Shown here: piece after piece, positions 15,570 to 17,871 of the stretch | How positions within the stretch are numbered: position 1 is the stretch's first letter | How the letters are laid out: the number at the start of each line of letters is the position of its first letter | Assembly (NCBI GenBank): GCA_016866785.1 | Contig: VGLH01000086.1 | Location: 1 to 17,871, forward strand | Direction: 5' to 3' | Length of the DNA stretch: 17,871 bases | From: Candidatus Poribacteria bacterium | GTDB lineage: Bacteria; Poribacteria; WGA-4E; GCA-2687025 | Position numbers and translations under genes: made by a program | Notes under the pieces: model-generated | What the model saw: only the letters and a program-made list of their open reading frames with translations | The model's database searches: none | Told to the model about the DNA's origin: nothing

Positions 15570-16533
15570 ACGCGAGGGATCGGAAGTCGTCGTAGACGCT
15601 CCGAACGGCGGATGCGTGTGCGCCGATGGCTCCATCCGCAGGCTTTAGGTCGAACATCGGCTTGCGTGCCTCCAGAGCTAGCGGAGCCAGGCTGCGGTAA
15701 TGCTTCAGAAGAGCCAGGCAGTTGGCATCGTTCTCTAGCGTGACCCCGTCATAGCCCTGTCCCAGCACGTCGCGCTGATAGGTCTCAGGTATCCTACCAG
15801 CCCAACGGTCGTAAGCCTGTGTCGGTCTGTCCAGGCGGATTGCGTGTTGCAGGACGACGTAGCCGAGAGGGGCCATCGAGCCCAGCGGCAGGGGCAGGCT
15901 CTCCTTGCCCGATGGCCAAGCGCTAAGACGTGCTCTCCATTCCTGACGCCACTTGTCCAGTGTCGGTCCGAGGTTGCTCAGCCCCTGTAGGGAGAACAGG
16001 TCAGGAGCCAACGGCACGACGACATAGTCCGCCGACACTAGCGCAGAACGGTTGATGGCGCCCAGGTTCGGCCCAACATCCATCAAAGCCACGCATGCGT
16101 CGAGCGACGATGCGGCCTGCTGGATCACCCGCCAGAACGCCGACGTGACGCGGAACGACCCCGTGTCGCCGCTCAAGCAGCCGTTCCACTCGTGAGCGAG
16201 CGTGTCCTCGTACCGGGACAGCGACAAGTCGCCAGCCAGCAATCCGAGACCATCCGGGGCAAGCACTAAGTGCGTCTCAGCTATGTCTCCGGTGCGGCTG
16301 TAGAGAGGCTCGACGCATCGGAAGATCGTCGTCGCGTCGCCCTGCCCGCCCCATAGCTCCTCAAGCGCTTGGTCGTTCAGGAACGCCGCAGTCAGGTTGG
16401 CTTGGGGGTCCAGGTCTGCCGCCAACACGCGGTATCCGAGTCGGGCGTACATCCAAGCAAGATGATACACCAGCGAGGTCTTGCCTACGCCACCCTTGTT
16501 GTTGAAAAAGGCGATCACCGGTACCGGTGTCAT
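15478..16533 (-). CDS. ParA/MinD-family P-loop ATPase (long form with C-terminal extension)
   Basis: The ATG at 16533 forms an ATGA overlap with the upstream gene's stop. The deviant Walker A is 'IAFFNNKGGVGKTS' and 'VLAADLDPQANLT' follows. A Walker B-like 'YVVVPLAPDLFSLQGL' is present. The last ~30 aa overlap the convergent VOC gene with low GC3, so the C-terminal end is uncertain. Confidence 0.85.
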   Translation of the reverse strand: MTPVPVIAFFNNKGGVGKTSLVYHLAWMYARLGYRVLAADLDPQANLTAAFLNDQALEELWGGQGDATTIFRCVEPLYSRTGDIAETHLVLAPDGLGLLAGDLSLSRYEDTLAHEWNGCLSGDTGSFRVTSAFWRVIQQAASSLDACVALMDVGPNLGAINRSALVSADYVVVPLAPDLFSLQGLSNLGPTLDKWRQEWRARLSAWPSGKESLPLPLGSMAPLGYVVLQHAIRLDRPTQAYDRWAGRIPETYQRDVLGQGYDGVTLENDANCLALLKHYRSLAPLALEARKPMFDLKPADGAIGAHASAVRSVYDDFRSLAFTIRDRVGLRSLEAWHRPPHGAGVRDPVDA

Positions 16534-17732
16534 CTCGCCCTCACGACCGCCACGACGTGCGTATCCTCTACGATGAATTCCGGCGCAGGGCTGCCATTGT
16601 CAGCCAGTGCTTGGCGTACTCGAGGTATCCCAACGCCGAACCGCTGCACGAGACCCAAGTTCTTCATCGCCTCGGCAAGGTGGGGGTTTCGGTAGTCGGT
16701 GACGCCGGGCTGTCCGAAGTTTCCACGATTAACATTGCCGTAGGGACCTCCGGGGCTATGGATCTCGATCCGATCGCGGAACCAGTAGATGCGGACCGGA
16801 GCATTGGTTCCCCCGTACCCGCGATGCAGCACGGCGTTGTGTGCCAACTGTGTCAACGCTTCGATCGGGTAGTCCGGTGTCCGAGAGTCGGTAGGAGCGC
16901 CAGTAACGGACACAGCCGTTGCGATATGGGCTCGGAATGTCACGTGCAGCGATCGCAACATCTGCGGCAGAGGTCCGTCGATGCGCTTCTCATCCCGGAT
17001 TGGCGACGCTAAGTCGTCGCCATCTAGTCGCAGAAACTGGATGTAAGCCCCCGGCAAGTGCCCTTGTGGATCCCTGCCGACGACGAGAACGCCTGTGACC
17101 GTCGGCTGGAACGGCTCGGTAACCGTGGCGAAACGCACCGACGCCAACTGTTGCTCAACGGTACGACTGTTTGCGTCGAGCACCTCAGCAGCGATAGCCG
17201 TAGGCAGGTACTCGCGCTGAAACATCTCGACATCCAGATCGTCCAGCGCACTCGTGCCAATCGGGCGCAGGTCGAAAGGCTGATCGCGGAACCGGCGCTT
17301 CTCGATCAGCGTGCGCTCTTCTTGGTCCGACGCCGTGCCGCGTCGGGTGCCGATTCGTATCCAGACGCGACCTCGACACCGCACCGGTGGCGAATCATGT
17401 GGGTACACGGTGACCACTGCGAGGTCGCACGCCAGCAGTCTTCTCTTTTCGACGGTCATCACGGGTAGGGGTAGGATATTGCCGTCCGATCGCATGTCGG
17501 CGAGCTCACGAAGCAGCGCATCTGTGATCGCCAGGTTTGCACAGGAACCATCGTTGTTGACGCCGACGAACACAATCCCAGGCTGGCGACGGCCGGGCAG
17601 ATCATTCGAAAACGCACAGATGTCGTGACGGATGTCTTCTTTATCGTTGCCTACTTGGCGCTTCCTCTCAACCCGTTCGGACTCCCCGCCGCATAGCAAC
17701 TGCTCCAGTTCGAAGTCAGGTAACCTCTCCAT
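16530..17732 (-). CDS. AlbA_2 (Schlafen-like divergent AAA) plus HATPase_c_4 domain ATP-binding protein / putative transcriptional regulator
   Basis: The ATG at 17732 has AAGGGA upstream. It lies 4 nt after the stop of the partial upstream gene. The N-terminus 'ELEQLLCGGESERVERKRQVGNDKEDIRHDICAFSNDLPGRRQPGIVFVGVNNDG' fits the AlbA_2 pattern. The C-terminus 'LHRGYGGTNAPVRIYWFRDRIEIHSPGGPYG' fits HATPase_c_4. Confidence 0.8.
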   Translation of the reverse strand: MERLPDFELEQLLCGGESERVERKRQVGNDKEDIRHDICAFSNDLPGRRQPGIVFVGVNNDGSCANLAITDALLRELADMRSDGNILPLPVMTVEKRRLLACDLAVVTVYPHDSPPVRCRGRVWIRIGTRRGTASDQEERTLIEKRRFRDQPFDLRPIGTSALDDLDVEMFQREYLPTAIAAEVLDANSRTVEQQLASVRFATVTEPFQPTVTGVLVVGRDPQGHLPGAYIQFLRLDGDDLASPIRDEKRIDGPLPQMLRSLHVTFRAHIATAVSVTGAPTDSRTPDYPIEALTQLAHNAVLHRGYGGTNAPVRIYWFRDRIEIHSPGGPYGNVNRGNFGQPGVTDYRNPHLAEAMKNLGLVQRFGVGIPRVRQALADNGSPAPEFIVEDTHVVAVVRAR

Positions 17733-17736
17733 CGGG

Positions 17737-17871
17737 CTATCCCTTCGCTCCGCCGACCGTGACTTGGCGGAACCGCGCGGGAGCAGCCCCGTGGGTCATC
17801 TTGCTGATCTGCATCGGGTCCCCCTTGCCGCAGTTGAGCACGCCGTTGGGAACCCAGAAGCGCTCGTCGCA
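17737..17871 (-). CDS. 3' end of an unknown gene; the C-terminal 44 aa are inside the window
   Basis: The minus frame is open from the window edge to a TAG at 17737: '...CDERFWVPNGVLNCGKGDPMQISKMTHGAAPARFRQVTVGGAKG*'. GC3 is high. It is tightly followed by the AlbA_2 gene. Confidence 0.3.
   Translation of the reverse strand, partial: CDERFWVPNGVLNCGKGDPMQISKMTHGAAPARFRQVTVGGAKG

Noticed and set aside
1-17871. CRISPR arrays, rRNA, IS elements, integrase/att sites
   Set aside because: I found no regularly spaced direct repeats other than the 18-bp coding repeats at 1112-1201. No transposase or integrase-like ORFs and no rRNA-like segments are visible.

Overview
This is a 17.9 kb, high-GC (~66%) bacterial window that is densely coding, with about 21 supportable CDS. 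I found no rRNA, tRNA or CRISPR array. Shine-Dalgarno motifs are GGAGG-like and the codon bias resembles an actinobacterial or Chloroflexi-type genome. The features below are listed in coordinate order.

- **1..1403, plus strand:** a short hypothetical ORF, then a Toprim/DnaG-like primase-like ORF that lacks a zinc finger.
- **1109..1918, minus strand:** a secreted YceI-like protein. Its C-terminal (ACGGKK)n tail is encoded by about five degenerate 18-bp tandem repeats. The tail overlaps the 3' end of the primase-like ORF in antisense.
- **2111..4679, minus strand:** an ECF sigma factor fused to a SnoaL-like domain (ECF56/SigG-like). It is followed by a signal-peptide TPR protein.
- **4957..5622, plus strand:** a divergently oriented secreted or lipoprotein-like protein with carboxypeptidase-regulatory-like beta-sandwich motifs.
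- **5764..8928, plus strand:** a tightly spaced operon. It encodes a protein with two tandem metallo-beta-lactamase (MBL) fold domains, a YhcH/YjgK/YiaL (DUF386) cupin-like protein, and a DUF268-like methyltransferase.
- **8968..10104, minus strand:** a convergent TPR plus class I SAM-methyltransferase fusion gene.
- **10202..13075, minus strand:** a stress-type operon of tpx, a HAD phosphatase, an SPFH/band-7 protein and a J-domain protein. The last two are translationally coupled by a GTGA overlap.
- **13216..14677, minus strand:** an ArsC-family reductase followed by a DgoD-like enolase-superfamily dehydratase.
- **14774..15569, plus strand:** divergent from that operon, a small CxxC zinc-ribbon protein and a VOC/glyoxalase-fold protein.
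- **15478..17871, minus strand:** an operon, coupled by an ATGA overlap and a 4-nt gap, of a partial unknown gene, an AlbA_2/HATPase_c_4 (Schlafen-like) ATP-binding protein and a ParA-like P-loop ATPase. Together with the primase-like gene at the other end, this suggests mobile-element or defence-island context.

The most interesting candidates for an undescribed system are the double-MBL/YhcH/methyltransferase tailoring operon, the AlbA_2 plus ParA module, the tpx–HAD–SPFH–J-domain operon, and the repeat-encoded Cys/Lys tail on the YceI protein.
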